From positions 1 to 26,468 of IMG/VR virus record IMGVR_UViG_3300017754_000004: a DNA stretch of 26,468 bases; one strand, 5' to 3'. The notes under the pieces are model-generated. The model was given only the letters and a program-made list of their open reading frames with translations, was not told the origin of the DNA and made no database searches. Made by a program: the position numbers and the translations under genes. Source of the stretch: a virus (taxonomy: Duplodnaviria > Caudoviricetes). Positions within the stretch are counted from its first letter, which is position 1. Each line of letters begins with the position of its first letter. This document shows, in pieces, positions 25,371-26,468 of the stretch.

Positions 25371-25670
25371 TCAGCAGTCCCATTTCCGCAACGCTTTATT
25401 GATTCGAGAATCTGGATCCCGCGCCGTCTTAGCAGAAGTCAGCTTCGACTTCATGCCCTCCATGCGGGAGCAGAACGATTTACGGCGAGAAGCCTTGGCA
25501 GGACTCTTTGCTGCCGCCTCTTTGGACACTGGCGGCTTCAGATTGCTGCCAGTCGCACGATTGTAAGCGTCACGACCAGCCTGACTCAAGCCCCCTTCCG
25601 GGTTCTTGTGCTTGGCAGTCAGCTTAACCTCACCGCCCTTCGCAAAGTGCCAGCCCTTGATGATCGCCAT
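25371..25670 (-). CDS. Small basic protein, DUF6321-like, 99 aa
   Basis: KNPEGGL...GR..YN..TG.NLKPP...RRKSFC.RM.GMK.KLTSAKTA.DPDSRINKALR.W.C pattern; FAKGG near the N-terminus. Confidence 0.75.
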   Translation of the reverse strand: MAIIKGWHFAKGGEVKLTAKHKNPEGGLSQAGRDAYNRATGSNLKPPVSKEAAAKSPAKASRRKSFCSRMEGMKSKLTSAKTARDPDSRINKALRKWDC

Positions 25671-25672
25671 GA

Positions 25673-26468
25673 TTACGTCCAGTCACCAATTTGTGTATTA
25701 GCGCCTACCGCGCCAACAGGCCACAACGATACGTTGGACGCTCTCAAGATGGTTACAGCCGTTCCTACAGCAGTCAGACCAAAACTAAAATCAACTGTGC
25801 CAGCAGCACTAACGTCAAATGTGCCACGAATACGCATAGTGAAGGAAGCCGCAGCAGCGCCAGAGGCAGGCGTCACCGTCACCAATGTATTGAAGCCAGA
25901 GGTGATGATGTTCTGCATCATATTTGCAGCCGTGACCGTTATAGGCGTAGCTGCTTGAAACGAAATGACCTCGTAGTCATGCATCGTCAGGGTCGCAGTG
26001 CCACCTAGAGCGTATTGCAATGATTTTGCAGTAGCGGCAGTGTTCTGAACCGTGGCATTCAACTCGTACTGATACCTTGTGCCTGCTTGAACGGCAACAG
26101 CCCTGCCAAAAAGCGTTTGAATAGTGGTGATGGCACCGTTACCAGTCAAATCTGCATTCAACTGGAAGGCTTGCATTGATTGCACAACGGATCGCTGAGT
26201 GCCGTTCGGCGTAAAGTACAGAGACCGACCCTCGTACTCAAGTGCGCCTTGGAATGGCGTGGTCAGCAATACGCCGGGGTCAAGATCCATCAGCGCAACC
26301 GTTGTCGTGCCAGCGCCAGCATGAATCCATGCATCAGAGGTAGGAATCGTTCCAGCGCCAAACGCTTGAGGCGTGTAGATCACATTACCTATGCGCAGCT
26401 TTTCTGTAGCGGCAGCACCGGCAGTCATAGTCTTAACGCTAAGGTCAAAATCCTCAGCGGTAGCCGTG
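25673..26468 (-). CDS. Virion structural/fibre-like protein, C-terminal part (5' end off the right edge)
   Basis: The frame is open upstream of the ORF-track Met to the window end (TATAEDFDLSVKTMTAGAAATEKLRI...); Thr/Ala/Gly-rich beta sequence with GALEYEG..LYFT motif. Confidence 0.7.
   Translation of the reverse strand, partial: TATAEDFDLSVKTMTAGAAATEKLRIGNVIYTPQAFGAGTIPTSDAWIHAGAGTTTVALMDLDPGVLLTTPFQGALEYEGRSLYFTPNGTQRSVVQSMQAFQLNADLTGNGAITTIQTLFGRAVAVQAGTRYQYELNATVQNTAATAKSLQYALGGTATLTMHDYEVISFQAATPITVTAANMMQNIITSGFNTLVTVTPASGAAAASFTMRIRGTFDVSAAGTVDFSFGLTAVGTAVTILRASNVSLWPVGAVGANTQIGDWT

Larger units (their letters stand above)
1..26468 (-). mobile_element. Tailed bacteriophage (podovirus-like) virion morphogenesis/late operon; phage or prophage genome segment
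   Basis: All credible genes are on the minus strand with 0-15 nt gaps or 1-4 nt overlaps (one 67-nt gap). Tail fibres with S74 chaperone, holin + GH108 endolysin, adaptor/nozzle and ejection-like proteins are present; no host housekeeping context is seen. Confidence 0.95.

Noticed and set aside
82-26008. Numerous plus-strand ORFs (e.g. 2981-3994, 9254-9862, 14802-15569, 25008-25958) and short alternative-frame minus ORFs
   Set aside because: They lie antisense or out of frame to long, motif-bearing, tightly coupled minus-strand genes and show no recognisable motifs; treated as shadow ORFs.
1-26468. CRISPR array, tRNA/rRNA genes, integrase/transposase, stop-codon recoding
   Set aside because: No regularly spaced repeats, no non-coding room for RNA genes and no recombinase motifs; genes are intact in the standard code, with TAA, TAG and TGA all used as stops.

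Overview
The whole window is a densely packed, minus-strand late (virion morphogenesis) operon of a tailed dsDNA phage, most consistent with a short-tailed (P22/T7-type podovirus-like) architecture. In transcription order (right to left) it encodes: a truncated structural protein, three small/basic putative core proteins, a head-tail connector with a discoidin-like insert, a small Cys-motif protein, a cassette of about five tail-fibre/receptor-binding genes with chaperones, a lysis cassette (membrane proteins, 3-TM holin, GH108 endolysin), an adaptor, a tail protein and a nozzle/gp10-like protein, then ejection/internal virion proteins, the last running off the left edge. The standout feature sits between the nozzle gene and the ejection proteins and is translationally coupled to them: an acyl carrier protein (GLDSL motif), a divergent beta-ketoacyl-ACP synthase with an intact Cys-His-His triad, and a possible GNAT-like protein. 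I infer this could be a phage-encoded acylation (lipidation) module for virion proteins rather than a general metabolic auxiliary gene. A second signal is a recurrent hydrophobic-x-x-Gly-Gly motif concentrated in putative capsid-internal proteins, which may mark processing or packaging sites. All functional calls come from motif recognition and gene context; no database searches were run.
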